Source: a virus (lineage: Duplodnaviria > Caudoviricetes). Taken from it: a DNA stretch of 64,000 nt. The notes under the pieces are model-generated. The model was given only the letters and a program-made list of their open reading frames with translations, searched no databases and was not told where the DNA came from. The stretch spans positions 147,679 through 211,678 of IMG/VR virus record IMGVR_UViG_3300020048_000009, one strand, 5' to 3'. Of this stretch, positions 8,653-18,067 are shown one piece after another; position 1 is the first letter of the stretch; every line of letters begins with the position of its first letter. The position numbers were made by a program, and so were the translations under genes.

Positions 8653-9843
8653 ATGAAAACAGTAATTGGAAAGTATAATGAAGCAAAAATTTTTGCAACA
8701 ACAGTTGAAGCTTCATGTGAACAGCAAATTTTAGATTTATGTAATGAGTCTTGGGCGCAGGATTGTAATATCCGTATTATGCCTGATTGCCATTCTGGAA
8801 AGGGATGTGTAATCGGTACTACTATGACAATCAAAGATAAGATCGTACCCAATTTGGTAGGCGTAGATATTGGCTGCGGTATGCTTACTACTAAGTTCAG
8901 AGCATTAAAGCTTGATTTAAAGCAAGTTGATAGAACAATTAAGCAGGAAATTCCTATGGGTAGAAATATTCATAACGAAGCTCTTGTTGATTTTTCGCCT
9001 GAATTGAATAAGCTTTGGGCCGTTAAAAAGGAAATAGGTTTTGATAAGGTTTCTAGAAGTCTTGGTTCTTTGGGTGGTGGAAATCACTTCATTGAAATCG
9101 GAAAAGACGAAGATGATTGTTATTATCTAGTTATCCATAGCGGTTCAAGAAACTTTGGTAAGAAGGTAGCTGAATACTATCAGGGTAAAGCTGTTGATTA
9201 TCATAAACTTCTTACAGGTGATGCTAGAAAGGCTTTTATTGAACAATTAAAGTCAGAAGGTCGTCAAGATGAAATTAAAGATGCTTTAATTAAATATAAT
9301 GAGCAGTATAATACTGATTTGTGTTATTTAGAGGGCGCATTATTTAATTCATATTTAAACGATATGAAAATTGCTCAGAAGTTTGCTTCTTTAAACAGAT
9401 ATACTATCGCTAATATTTTATGTAAGGCTTTTCAGGTTGGACCAATAGAACAATTTGAAACAGTTCATAACTATATTGATACTGATAATATGATTCTAAG
9501 AAAAGGCGCAATTTCAGCTCAAAAGGATGAAAAGTGTTTAATCCCTATTAATATGAGAGATGGTTCTTTATTATGTGTCGGTAAGGGTAATGTTGATTTT
9601 AACTATTCTGCTCCTCATGGTGCAGGACGTTTAATGTCACGTACTAAGGCTAGACACGAGTTATCATTAGATGAGTTTAAGGATACAATGTCTAATGTAT
9701 ATTCATCTACTGTTGGAATGTCAACACTTGATGAAGCGCCTATGGCATATAAGCCAATAGCAGAAATCTTAGAAAATATTAAAGATACTGTTGATGTTAT
9801 AACACAGATTAAACCTATTTATAACGTTAAAGCAGAAGAGTAA
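8653..9843 (+). CDS. rtcB: RtcB family RNA 3'-phosphate ligase
   Basis: MPDCHSG, VGVDIGCG, GSLGGGNHFIE, HSGSRNFG, HGAGRLMSR, DEAPMAYK. Confidence 0.97.
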   Translation: MKTVIGKYNEAKIFATTVEASCEQQILDLCNESWAQDCNIRIMPDCHSGKGCVIGTTMTIKDKIVPNLVGVDIGCGMLTTKFRALKLDLKQVDRTIKQEIPMGRNIHNEALVDFSPELNKLWAVKKEIGFDKVSRSLGSLGGGNHFIEIGKDEDDCYYLVIHSGSRNFGKKVAEYYQGKAVDYHKLLTGDARKAFIEQLKSEGRQDEIKDALIKYNEQYNTDLCYLEGALFNSYLNDMKIAQKFASLNRYTIANILCKAFQVGPIEQFETVHNYIDTDNMILRKGAISAQKDEKCLIPINMRDGSLLCVGKGNVDFNYSAPHGAGRLMSRTKARHELSLDEFKDTMSNVYSSTVGMSTLDEAPMAYKPIAEILENIKDTVDVITQIKPIYNVKAEE

Positions 9844-9847
9844 AATT

Positions 9848-10081
9848 ATGAGAAGAGAATTCATTACAGAAATTTGTTCATGTTTTAAATGCCCTATTTT
9901 AGAGAATAGGGAAGAAATTAAAAGCTGTATTTTGGGTTCTGCTTGGTTTGAATATAAACATTGTTTTTATTTTGGTAATAGTTGTAAAACAGATTTCTCA
10001 GAAGAGCAAGATAATAAATTAAGACTTGAATTAGAGGTCTGGTTTAGAAATTGTCCAAAATGGAAATATATAGGAGAATAA
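9848..10081 (+). CDS. small Cys-rich hypothetical protein
   Basis: CFKCP and CPKW; packed in operon. Confidence 0.6.
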   Translation: MRREFITEICSCFKCPILENREEIKSCILGSAWFEYKHCFYFGNSCKTDFSEEQDNKLRLELEVWFRNCPKWKYIGE

Positions 10082-10084
10082 ATT

Positions 10085-10468
10085 ATGAAAAAATTCTTTA
10101 AAAACCTTTTTATTAAAATTGGTGTTATTAAAAAAATTGATAAAAGTCAAACAATAGAAGAAAGAGAACAGGAATTAGTCAAGAAAGTAAATGATATTCT
10201 TCTTGAACCTGAGAGTATTGATACAATGATTCCCCCGTGTAAGAAATGTATTCATTACAAGGGGTATGATTTAAAATCATTACGGCCAGACTGTATTAGA
10301 CCAACCGGCGATAGAACTATCGTAAATGATTATGAAAATGGTATTAGTAGTTCTATTATTGATAGAATTCATAGAGAATGTTGTAGAGAAAGAGAAATAT
10401 CATCTGAAAAATATAGAATTAGATGTGGTCCGTGTGCACTTTTCTTTAAAGAAAAGGAAATAAAATAA
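10085..10468 (+). CDS. hypothetical protein
   Basis: CKKCIHY...C...C...CGP metal-binding pattern. Confidence 0.65.
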   Translation: MKKFFKNLFIKIGVIKKIDKSQTIEEREQELVKKVNDILLEPESIDTMIPPCKKCIHYKGYDLKSLRPDCIRPTGDRTIVNDYENGISSSIIDRIHRECCREREISSEKYRIRCGPCALFFKEKEIK

Positions 10469-10470
10469 TT

Positions 10471-10656
10471 ATGACTAATGTAGAAAAAATGGCTAAAATC
10501 TTAAAAGATGAAGGCGTAACACATTTTAATATGTTTTTACCTTCATGTCCAAAGGATGCTTCAGAAGAATATAAAGCTGGTGAATTTTTAAGAATGTATA
10601 AAAATATGAACAGTGGTAAAACAATTCATGGTGTTGAAGGATTCGATTTTTGGTAA
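10471..10656 (+). CDS. small hypothetical protein
   Basis: Packed in operon. Confidence 0.6.
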   Translation: MTNVEKMAKILKDEGVTHFNMFLPSCPKDASEEYKAGEFLRMYKNMNSGKTIHGVEGFDFW

Positions 10657-10659
10657 GTT

Positions 10660-10998
10660 ATGAATATTAAAGACTTACCTAAAGATGCATATGCTAGAAT
10701 AATAAGTACAAGTTTAAGTATTTATAAGAGAGCAGAATTTGTATATAGAACAGATGAGGATAGTTTGCTTACGCCTGGTACAGGTTTTCCAATATTTACA
10801 GGTTTTTTTAAAAAGATACCAGAAACATATAATGATTTTGAAATAGAAATCATAAGTAAAGAGGAATTTAAGAAGGCTGATGTTTATAATAGACCTAAAA
10901 AGCCATTAAAATTACTTGATAGTCGTATAACATTACAAGAGTGGAATAATTTATCAAAAGAAGAAAGATGGCCAGATTTATATGAAAAAGAATTATAA
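10660..10998 (+). CDS. hypothetical protein
   Basis: Packed in operon. Confidence 0.6.
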   Translation: MNIKDLPKDAYARIISTSLSIYKRAEFVYRTDEDSLLTPGTGFPIFTGFFKKIPETYNDFEIEIISKEEFKKADVYNRPKKPLKLLDSRITLQEWNNLSKEERWPDLYEKEL

Positions 10999-11332
10999 AT
11001 ATGTAACACCACTAGAAGCATTTAGACTTGGGTATGAATATGAAACGACATGTGTCTTTTGTAAGAGAAAAGGTTTGACTAATATACATATGCATCATAT
11101 AGTACCTAGAGCAAAAGGTGGAAAAGAAGTAGCTCCTACCTGTAGTGATTGTGAAGGATTTATTCATAATACTTGGAGTCATAATGAACTTAGAGATACA
11201 TATAATACCGTAGAAATTATCAAAAAAGACGAGAAATATCAAAAGTTTCTTAAATGGCTTTTAAAACAGAAACCTGAAAAGAGTTTTAAAACTATTAGAA
11301 ATAATAATAGACCAAAAGGAAAATATACATGA
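10982..11332 (+). CDS. small HNH endonuclease
   Basis: CVFC...HHIVPRAKGG...TCSDCEGFIH. Confidence 0.85.
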   Translation: MKKNYKYVTPLEAFRLGYEYETTCVFCKRKGLTNIHMHHIVPRAKGGKEVAPTCSDCEGFIHNTWSHNELRDTYNTVEIIKKDEKYQKFLKWLLKQKPEKSFKTIRNNNRPKGKYT

Positions 11333-12117
11333 AGACAGTTGTTTTAGGTAATGGATATTTAGGTTCAGAATTTAAAGATCAAGGTTTTACTGTCTTAGGA
11401 AGAGACGAATTTGAAGTAATAAAACTTCCCAGGGATCAACATAAATATTTTGATAAAATATTATCTGAATATGATGTTATTATTAATTGTATTGCAACAA
11501 GTAATACTAGATTCTGTGAAGAGTATTTTGAAGAAGCATATTTTACAAATTGTCAAATTCCTGCATATTTAAGCACTTGGTGTAAGAAAAATGGTAAAAA
11601 ATATGTTCATATTTCTACTGGATGTTTATATGATAAGAATAATATCCCACAAAAAGAAACAGATTTTATAGCAGCACATTGTAACTATACTCTTAGTAAA
11701 TGGATGGGTGAAAAAGCATGCCAACCTCAAGATTTAATCATACGCCCACGTTTACTTTTTGACTATAAAGATAATCCTAAAAATTTATTATTAAAACTTA
11801 AAAAATATAACAGACTTACTAGAGAATTAGATAGCGCAACTAGTACAAGGACTGTAGTACAGGCTGTTACACATTTACTTAAAGCCGAACAAAGTGGAAT
11901 ATTTAATGTTGCATGCGAAGGTTATATTAGTATGGCAGAAATAGGAACTTTACTAGGAAAAACGACTATAGAAGAAGTTTCAATAGACGATGTTCGTAAA
12001 CAACAGAATTTATATATTGTTAATACAATAATGGATATATCAAAATTAAAACAATTCTATACTCCTTCTGATATTAAAGAAGAAATTGAAATAATGAATA
12101 AAGGTATTAAAACATGA
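11329..12117 (+). CDS. NAD-dependent epimerase/RmlD-like nucleotide-sugar reductase (extended SDR)
   Basis: GNGYLG Rossmann motif, HISTG, YTLSK (YxxxK). Confidence 0.85.
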   Translation: MKTVVLGNGYLGSEFKDQGFTVLGRDEFEVIKLPRDQHKYFDKILSEYDVIINCIATSNTRFCEEYFEEAYFTNCQIPAYLSTWCKKNGKKYVHISTGCLYDKNNIPQKETDFIAAHCNYTLSKWMGEKACQPQDLIIRPRLLFDYKDNPKNLLLKLKKYNRLTRELDSATSTRTVVQAVTHLLKAEQSGIFNVACEGYISMAEIGTLLGKTTIEEVSIDDVRKQQNLYIVNTIMDISKLKQFYTPSDIKEEIEIMNKGIKT

Positions 12118-12254
12118 AAAAAATTATTGTAGTGGGTAGATTTTTGGTTGCAGATACAACTAATAAAAATGGTTCATATTCCAGAATATATGATAAGGAA
12201 TATGTACATTTTTTAAAAACCTCGGTTAATAGTAGAGAGAAAAACAAAAAATAA
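12114..12254 (+). CDS. small hypothetical protein (not in the ORF track)
   Basis: 46 aa, MKKIIVVGRFLVADTTNKNG...; ATGA overlap with the upstream stop and ends 1 nt before the next ATG. Confidence 0.55.
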   Translation: MKKIIVVGRFLVADTTNKNGSYSRIYDKEYVHFLKTSVNSREKNKK

Positions 12255-12255
12255 T

Positions 12256-12990
12256 ATGAATACACAAGATGCAGAGTATATAAATACGACAATAAAAGAA
12301 GAAGGATTTGATTATTGTTTTGATGGATATTCTAGTTTTGAAGATATTAAAGATGAACGTTTTCATTCTTTAAGACAAAAATATCTAAATGCTAAAAAAG
12401 ATCTAAAACAATATATTCAAGTAAGTTTACCTAATTGTGGTGTTCCAGAAGGAATAGATATTGAAGCTGAATTATGGAAAGCTTTAGGTGAATCTATGAA
12501 AGAAGAAGCAAAAAAAGAAGATTTAGAATTTTTAGAACAGTTAGAAAAGTTTTATAAAAGAACAACATATAAAGGTGAGATAACAGAATTAAAACCTAAT
12601 CAAGTGTTTGTGTTCGGTTCCAACACACAGGGGCGTCATGGAAAAGGAGCAGCATTATTGGCTAAGGAGAAGTTCGGAGCTATCCAGGGGCATCCTGAAG
12701 GCTTCCAGGGTCAATCCTATGCTATAATAACAAAAGACTTAACCAAAACAGTCCACCCGTCTGTTTCTGAAGAAAAAATAATAGAACAGATACAACGATT
12801 ATATGAATTTGCTAATGTAAATAAAGATCACGAATTTATTGTTGCATATAAGGGAAATTCGTATAATTTAAATGCGTATACATCACAACAAATGGCAGTT
12901 ATGTTTTCAAAATTTGATATTCCTGAGAATATTGTTTTTGAAGAAGAATTCGCCAAATTAATAGAAAAACAACAAAAAGAAAAGGTATAA
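12256..12990 (+). CDS. two-domain protein; C-terminal A1S_2505-like phage domain
   Basis: ITELKPNQVFVFGSN..GRHGKGAA..A..FGA..G..EG.QGQSYAI motif. Confidence 0.7.
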   Translation: MNTQDAEYINTTIKEEGFDYCFDGYSSFEDIKDERFHSLRQKYLNAKKDLKQYIQVSLPNCGVPEGIDIEAELWKALGESMKEEAKKEDLEFLEQLEKFYKRTTYKGEITELKPNQVFVFGSNTQGRHGKGAALLAKEKFGAIQGHPEGFQGQSYAIITKDLTKTVHPSVSEEKIIEQIQRLYEFANVNKDHEFIVAYKGNSYNLNAYTSQQMAVMFSKFDIPENIVFEEEFAKLIEKQQKEKV

Positions 12991-12991
12991 T

Positions 12992-14080
12992 ATGGATAGT
13001 AAATTATTCATTCCAAAGAAAATAAAAGTAGGGTTTAATAATAGAAGCGATACCTATACAGGTAAGCTTGGATATGTAATTTATTGGGATGCTAAAGGCG
13101 TTCTTCGTAAAGTTAATTCTTGGGAAGGTTGGAGATCTAAGGAAATTGAACCTCAAGAGTTTAATAATGAACCCATGGAAGGTTTCGTTTTAAATCGTGA
13201 TGTTGGTGGCGGAAGACGCTCATATTATTCATGGGATGCACGTATAGAAAAGGTTAGAGTTTATGATCCTAGAGGATTTGAATTCGAAATTTCTATTCCT
13301 AATTTGTTGTTTATTCTACAAGAATGTACTTCTACTAAAGGTAAAGGCATTGAGGGTGAAATGGTATATTCATGGAATGGTCCAGAATTAGTGCTTTTAC
13401 CTGTTTCATGTAAAGAGTATAAGGAATGTCTAAATTATACAGAATATCAGAAATGTAAGTTCAGCGCTAAAAACTTAAAGGTCGGTTTGACATATAGAAC
13501 TAAGAAAATGGAAGATTATGTTTATATGGGACAATATGTCTGGACACCTTGCTATGGTTCATCATATGGTAAAAAATGCCATATATTTGGACAATATGAA
13601 ATAAATCAATATAGTAAGAAACCATATACAAATTTTAGAGCTACTACTTCTACAGATTTCTTAGCAGAGCAAGTTGGTGATGCAGTAGATCCTACATTCG
13701 CAGACCTATTTACAGCATTAGAAAAAGAAGATGGATATGCTACATGCACTAGTATTGTAGTAAAAAAACCTGAAAATCGTTATAGCAGCAGAGATAATTA
13801 TAATAAATGTGGAATTTTCTATAAGAATGAATATTATATTGGAAGTCTTTCACATGATTATAAATATCCCAATAAGGATTATAGTAAACAGGGTTCATAT
13901 AAATATGAAGTCGAATTAAATAAAAAGGTTTCAATTGTTGATGGGGGTTTAGTAGAAAAAATAATTAAAGAACCCATTAAAATTGAATGTACAGATCTTA
14001 CAGCAGAAGGTATTACCTGTGGAGCGCTTATCGCGACAAATTCAAAAAATAAAGAAAATCATATCGTATACGTATACTAA
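12992..14080 (+). CDS. conserved phage protein of unknown function
   Basis: IPKKIKVGF..R.DTYTGKLGYVIY..KGVLRK..SWEGWR and RVYDPRGFEFEISIPNL blocks resemble a recurrent phage family. Confidence 0.65.
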   Translation: MDSKLFIPKKIKVGFNNRSDTYTGKLGYVIYWDAKGVLRKVNSWEGWRSKEIEPQEFNNEPMEGFVLNRDVGGGRRSYYSWDARIEKVRVYDPRGFEFEISIPNLLFILQECTSTKGKGIEGEMVYSWNGPELVLLPVSCKEYKECLNYTEYQKCKFSAKNLKVGLTYRTKKMEDYVYMGQYVWTPCYGSSYGKKCHIFGQYEINQYSKKPYTNFRATTSTDFLAEQVGDAVDPTFADLFTALEKEDGYATCTSIVVKKPENRYSSRDNYNKCGIFYKNEYYIGSLSHDYKYPNKDYSKQGSYKYEVELNKKVSIVDGGLVEKIIKEPIKIECTDLTAEGITCGALIATNSKNKENHIVYVY

Positions 14081-14093
14081 GGAGAAATAAAAA

Positions 14094-14525
14094 ATGACAC
14101 AAAATGATATAAAAATTGATGGATTATTGCAGAAAATTGCAGATCAAAAGAAAAAGTTAGGGCCAAAACCTAAATCAACTCTTATTACAAACGGTGTTCT
14201 ACAAACACACACTAAGACATATAATATTAATGTGAGTGGAATACAGCAATTAGTAGAAGCTTATGCTGACCTACTAAAGATTAAGCAAGAACATTCATAT
14301 ATGCAAGATGCAATGGATATTCTTAACGTTAAATCAGTTGGATATGATATTGGTGGTTATTCTATTACGGATTGGATGGAAGATATTAAGAATAAAGTAG
14401 CAGCCGTACAATGGAATGAACGTAAGCGTGAATTAGATAAGACTGAAGAAAAGCTTAATCAAATGGTTTCTGAAGATGTTAAGACATCAAAAGCTCTTTC
14501 TGATATTGAAAATCTACTTCAATGA
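14094..14525 (+). CDS. coiled-coil hypothetical protein
   Basis: AGGAG RBS; heptad-like pattern. Confidence 0.7.
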   Translation: MTQNDIKIDGLLQKIADQKKKLGPKPKSTLITNGVLQTHTKTYNINVSGIQQLVEAYADLLKIKQEHSYMQDAMDILNVKSVGYDIGGYSITDWMEDIKNKVAAVQWNERKRELDKTEEKLNQMVSEDVKTSKALSDIENLLQ

Positions 14526-14764
14526 TAAAAAATCAAATTAATATTAAATATGGAATTATAGTCACAAAAAATGATGAACCCTATCCTAAAAGGGTTCATC
14601 ATTTTTGTGGTTATGAAGCTCCACCTGAAATATCAGATATTCAACATCTAATCTATGAGTTAATGTATGATAAAGAATTTAATTATCCAGATTTATTACT
14701 TAATTATACATTAGCATTAGCTAAACCCGATGTAGTAGAATATTTTAAAAAAGAACTAGAATGA
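14522..14764 (+). CDS. hypothetical protein
   Basis: ATGA overlap. Confidence 0.6.
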   Translation: MIKNQINIKYGIIVTKNDEPYPKRVHHFCGYEAPPEISDIQHLIYELMYDKEFNYPDLLLNYTLALAKPDVVEYFKKELE

Positions 14765-15084
14765 ATAAAAAATTAATAGCATATGATATAACCGGATTAC
14801 AAAAAGAAATATCTATTGGCGATGAAGAAGATTTTTCAAATATCCGGTGCCAGAGATGTAATTGTGTATTAGTGATTAAAAGTGGATATTGGCATAATAC
14901 AGCCGTATGCCCAATATGTAATAATCAAAATTCAGAGTTTTATTCAAATGAAGAAGAAATAAAAAAAACATCTGAATATATTAACACTTTAATTAATGAC
15001 CTATATTATTATAACAATCTATTAAAAGTTATTACTGATAAAAATAAAGTTAGAGAAAGAAATAAAAATATTATAATACCATAA
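14761..15084 (+). CDS. Zn-ribbon hypothetical protein
   Basis: CQRC...CPIC. Confidence 0.6.
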   Translation: MNKKLIAYDITGLQKEISIGDEEDFSNIRCQRCNCVLVIKSGYWHNTAVCPICNNQNSEFYSNEEEIKKTSEYINTLINDLYYYNNLLKVITDKNKVRERNKNIIIP

Positions 15085-15115
15085 GGTGTATTAGTTTATT
15101 ACATTTTAATATAAT
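15085..15115 (+). promoter_or_regulatory. putative early promoter GGTGTAT-N18-TATAAT
   Basis: Same spacing as the 3108 and 5380 sites. Confidence 0.5.
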
Positions 15116-15121
15116 ATTTAT

Positions 15122-16120
15122 ATGAATGAATTACTAACAAGAGATGATTTTAGAGAATCCGTTTTTAAAAGAGACGGATTCAAATGTCTTTTTTGTGATT
15201 GTACTGAAAATTTAGATGCGCATCACATTATAGAACGTCGTTTATTCACAGATGGTGGATATTATATTGATAATGGAGCAACCCTTTGTCAAAAACATCA
15301 CTTAATGGCAGAATCTACTGAATTAACTTGTACTGAACTTAGAGAAAAAGCTAATATCAAAACGATAGTTTTGCCTGAAGATTTTTACAGCGATTGTAAT
15401 TATGATAAATGGGGAAATATTTATATTGGCCAATTGCGAACAAAGGGGCCGTTATTTTTTAATGAAAGCGTTCAGAAAATATTAACTGGTAGTTTTACAG
15501 ATTTTGTAAAATATCCTAGAACATATCATTTGCCCTGGTCAGAGTCTAAAACTGATGATGATAGAACACTGACAAATGTGGATCATTTTCTTAATGAAGA
15601 AGTAGTTGTTACAGAAAAAATGGATGGTGAAAATTCCACTCTTTATAATAATTATTTCCATGCTAGAAGTTTAGATGGAAATAGTCATTGGACACAAAAT
15701 TGGTTAAAGAATTTTCATGCCTGTTTTAAATTTGATATTCCGACTGGTTGGCGTATTTGTGGCGAAAATGTATATGCCAAACATAGTATTAAATATGAAA
15801 ATCTTCCTTCATATTTCTTCTGTTTCTCTATTTGGACCGATAGAAATCTCTGTTTATCCTGGGATGATACTCTAGATTGGTGTAAATTATATGAAATTGA
15901 ACATGTTCCAGTTTTATACGAAGGTATTTTTGATGAAGAAGTTATTAGAAACTTACCTTTAAATAAAGAAAAGCAAGAGGGATATGTTATTCGTAAACGA
16001 AAAGCTTTTGCTTATGGTGAATTTTCAAAATCTATTGCAAAATTTGTAAGAAAAAATCATGTACAAGATACTGTACATAATTGGAAAAGCAGTAAAATTG
16101 AAGTTAATGGTTTAGAATAA
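15122..16120 (+). CDS. HNH nuclease-RNA ligase fusion
   Basis: N-terminal VFKRD..CLFC..LDAHHI..N..LC..HH; C-terminal KYPRTYHL, TEKMDGEN, CGEN, EGYVIR, KFVR. Confidence 0.85.
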   Translation: MNELLTRDDFRESVFKRDGFKCLFCDCTENLDAHHIIERRLFTDGGYYIDNGATLCQKHHLMAESTELTCTELREKANIKTIVLPEDFYSDCNYDKWGNIYIGQLRTKGPLFFNESVQKILTGSFTDFVKYPRTYHLPWSESKTDDDRTLTNVDHFLNEEVVVTEKMDGENSTLYNNYFHARSLDGNSHWTQNWLKNFHACFKFDIPTGWRICGENVYAKHSIKYENLPSYFFCFSIWTDRNLCLSWDDTLDWCKLYEIEHVPVLYEGIFDEEVIRNLPLNKEKQEGYVIRKRKAFAYGEFSKSIAKFVRKNHVQDTVHNWKSSKIEVNGLE

Positions 16121-16122
16121 AT

Positions 16123-16290
16123 ATGATTAATTTTAAAAAAATATGGAATATATGGGCAAAAGCGTTAGGCCCAAAAGCTTCTGATAATGATAAAGAAGCC
16201 GATTATATTGCTATAATTAGAACAGTAATCTTATTGATATATATTATAACAAATATTGTAATTATGGGTGGTGTTTGGAGACATTGGTAA
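16123..16290 (+). CDS. small conserved phage membrane protein (not in the ORF track)
   Basis: 55 aa, W..WAKALG.KA...D.EAD.IA.IRT...IITN....G..RHW, a pattern seen in T4-like phages. Confidence 0.7.
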   Translation: MINFKKIWNIWAKALGPKASDNDKEADYIAIIRTVILLIYIITNIVIMGGVWRHW

Positions 16291-16294
16291 TAAT

Positions 16295-16585
16295 ATGAAT
16301 GATGAAATAAAAGTTATATTAGCTGCAGGACTTATTCCTACAGACAGTATTGTTAGAAAAATTACTGGAACATACAAGTATAAAATATCAAGACAAATTA
16401 AAATTTATCCTGATAATAATGGTAAACCAGAAGTAATAGATGCAAAGGATGGTAGTGCTTTCTTGATTTCATGTGAAAACGTTAGATCCGACATCAGCTG
16501 TGTTTCTGGAACTTCTGAATTAGTTTGGTTAACAACTGAAGAAGATTTACATTCATGGTTAGCAGAAAGAATAGATAGGGATTAA
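16295..16585 (+). CDS. hypothetical protein
   Basis: Start 16295 follows the 16290 stop. Confidence 0.65.
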   Translation: MNDEIKVILAAGLIPTDSIVRKITGTYKYKISRQIKIYPDNNGKPEVIDAKDGSAFLISCENVRSDISCVSGTSELVWLTTEEDLHSWLAERIDRD

Positions 16586-16587
16586 AT

Positions 16588-17052
16588 ATGAAAATAATTT
16601 TTGTAGATGTAGATGGTGTTTTGAATTGTAAGAATACTACTGATACTGTCATGGGCGATGATGGTCGTAGATATGATGGCATAGATTCAGATAAAATTCA
16701 ATTATTAAAAGAAATAATTGATAAAACTGATGCTTATATTATTTTATCTTCTACCTGGAGATTATATGATACGTTTACAGAATACCTAGAGGAAAAACTT
16801 GGTGACTATAAAGTCAGAATAAAAGGTATTACTCCAAGATCAAAAGCTTTTACCTATACCTATAGATTTAGAGAAATTCAAAACTGGTTTAATGAAAATG
16901 ATACTCGGGATATTGTTAATTATATTATTTTAGATGATATTGATGAAGAAATGGTTGAAACTTTTGGAGATCATTATTTTAAAACAGATGTTGATATCGG
17001 ATTAACCAGAGAAATCACAGATAAATGTATAGAGTATTTAAATAAGGAATAA
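16588..17052 (+). CDS. HAD-superfamily phosphatase, HAD_SAK_2 (RNA-repair) type
   Basis: IIFVDVDGVLN, IILSSTWR, YIILDD, GLT. Confidence 0.85.
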   Translation: MKIIFVDVDGVLNCKNTTDTVMGDDGRRYDGIDSDKIQLLKEIIDKTDAYIILSSTWRLYDTFTEYLEEKLGDYKVRIKGITPRSKAFTYTYRFREIQNWFNENDTRDIVNYIILDDIDEEMVETFGDHYFKTDVDIGLTREITDKCIEYLNKE

Positions 17053-17055
17053 AAT

Positions 17056-17241
17056 ATGAATGATATTGTATATTTAATTCATGCACATTATGATGATCGT
17101 GAACATATTTGGGATAGGGTTTCAGAACATGTTGTTTTAAAAGATGCGATCCTTACAAAAAAAAGTCATGAAGAAGATCAAGATTGTAGATGGTGTTCAA
17201 TTTTCGTTGGAAGAGAGATGACAGATAAAGAATTGGAGTAA
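17056..17241 (+). CDS. small hypothetical protein
   Basis: Packed in operon; AGGA RBS. Confidence 0.6.
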   Translation: MNDIVYLIHAHYDDREHIWDRVSEHVVLKDAILTKKSHEEDQDCRWCSIFVGREMTDKELE

Positions 17242-17247
17242 AAAATT

Positions 17248-17436
17248 ATGCAAAAAGTATTAGTTTTATCAAAAGATACAGATTTAACTGAAGATTTTAA
17301 CTTTAACGATCTCGAAACGTTATTACTAGATGGATGGAAAGTAATATCTTCAGAAAATATTTTAGATTGGTATTCTTGTTATGCTGGAGCAGCATCGTAT
17401 ACATATAAAATTGTTTATATTTTAGAGAAAGAATAA
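17248..17436 (+). CDS. small hypothetical protein
   Basis: Packed in operon; GGAG RBS. Confidence 0.6.
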   Translation: MQKVLVLSKDTDLTEDFNFNDLETLLLDGWKVISSENILDWYSCYAGAASYTYKIVYILEKE

Positions 17437-17439
17437 AAT

Positions 17440-17643
17440 ATGAATTGTCCAATTAATAAACAACAGTATGATAATTTAGTAGAGAGAGAATTGACTCGTA
17501 GTCGTAATGCTAGACGTACATTAAAAGATAGACTACTTGCTTTTCAGATTACATGTCTGCACAAGAATACTAAATATGTTCCAGATGCTTCAGGTAATAA
17601 TGATTCATATACTGAATGTATTGAATGTGGTAAGGAATTATAA
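17440..17643 (+). CDS. small hypothetical protein
   Basis: C.H...C..CG Zn pattern. Confidence 0.6.
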   Translation: MNCPINKQQYDNLVERELTRSRNARRTLKDRLLAFQITCLHKNTKYVPDASGNNDSYTECIECGKEL

Positions 17644-17656
17644 AAAATTAAATTAT

Positions 17657-17962
17657 ATGAAAAGAATACCTGCTGTACAATGGGGACTATCTAAAAGTCC
17701 AATAGAAATGCGGAAATTAAAAATTGAAGCGGGTACTTCAATTATTCCAGCAGGCTGTTATTGTTATGATGAAAAAGGTAAATGCCCTTACTTTGATAGT
17801 TCAAGTAAATACAATGAACAAAATGACGGTTTTTGCTGGTATTTAGAAAAAGGCGACTGGATGACCAGAGAAGAGGGTGGAACATTTTTATTATTTGATC
17901 AATGTAAAGAATGTGGAATAAATGATAATAATGATGAAATTTATTTAAATAATGATAAATAA
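17657..17962 (+). CDS. Cys-rich hypothetical protein
   Basis: ATG 17657 preferred; IP.G.YCY...CPY...C.Y...DQCKECG. Confidence 0.65.
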   Translation: MKRIPAVQWGLSKSPIEMRKLKIEAGTSIIPAGCYCYDEKGKCPYFDSSSKYNEQNDGFCWYLEKGDWMTREEGGTFLLFDQCKECGINDNNDEIYLNNDK

Positions 17963-18067
17963 AATATATAAGTATATAATATATTTTTCTAGAAATAATA
18001 AAATATATTAAATCTTACATAAAAATATTAGATTTTCTAAAAATTTAATATAATAAGAAAGATTAAT

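Noticed and set aside
12114-12254. ADTTNKNG as a prohead protease (gp21) fragment
   Set aside because: Only 46 aa, lacks catalytic His/Ser motifs and sits in the early region
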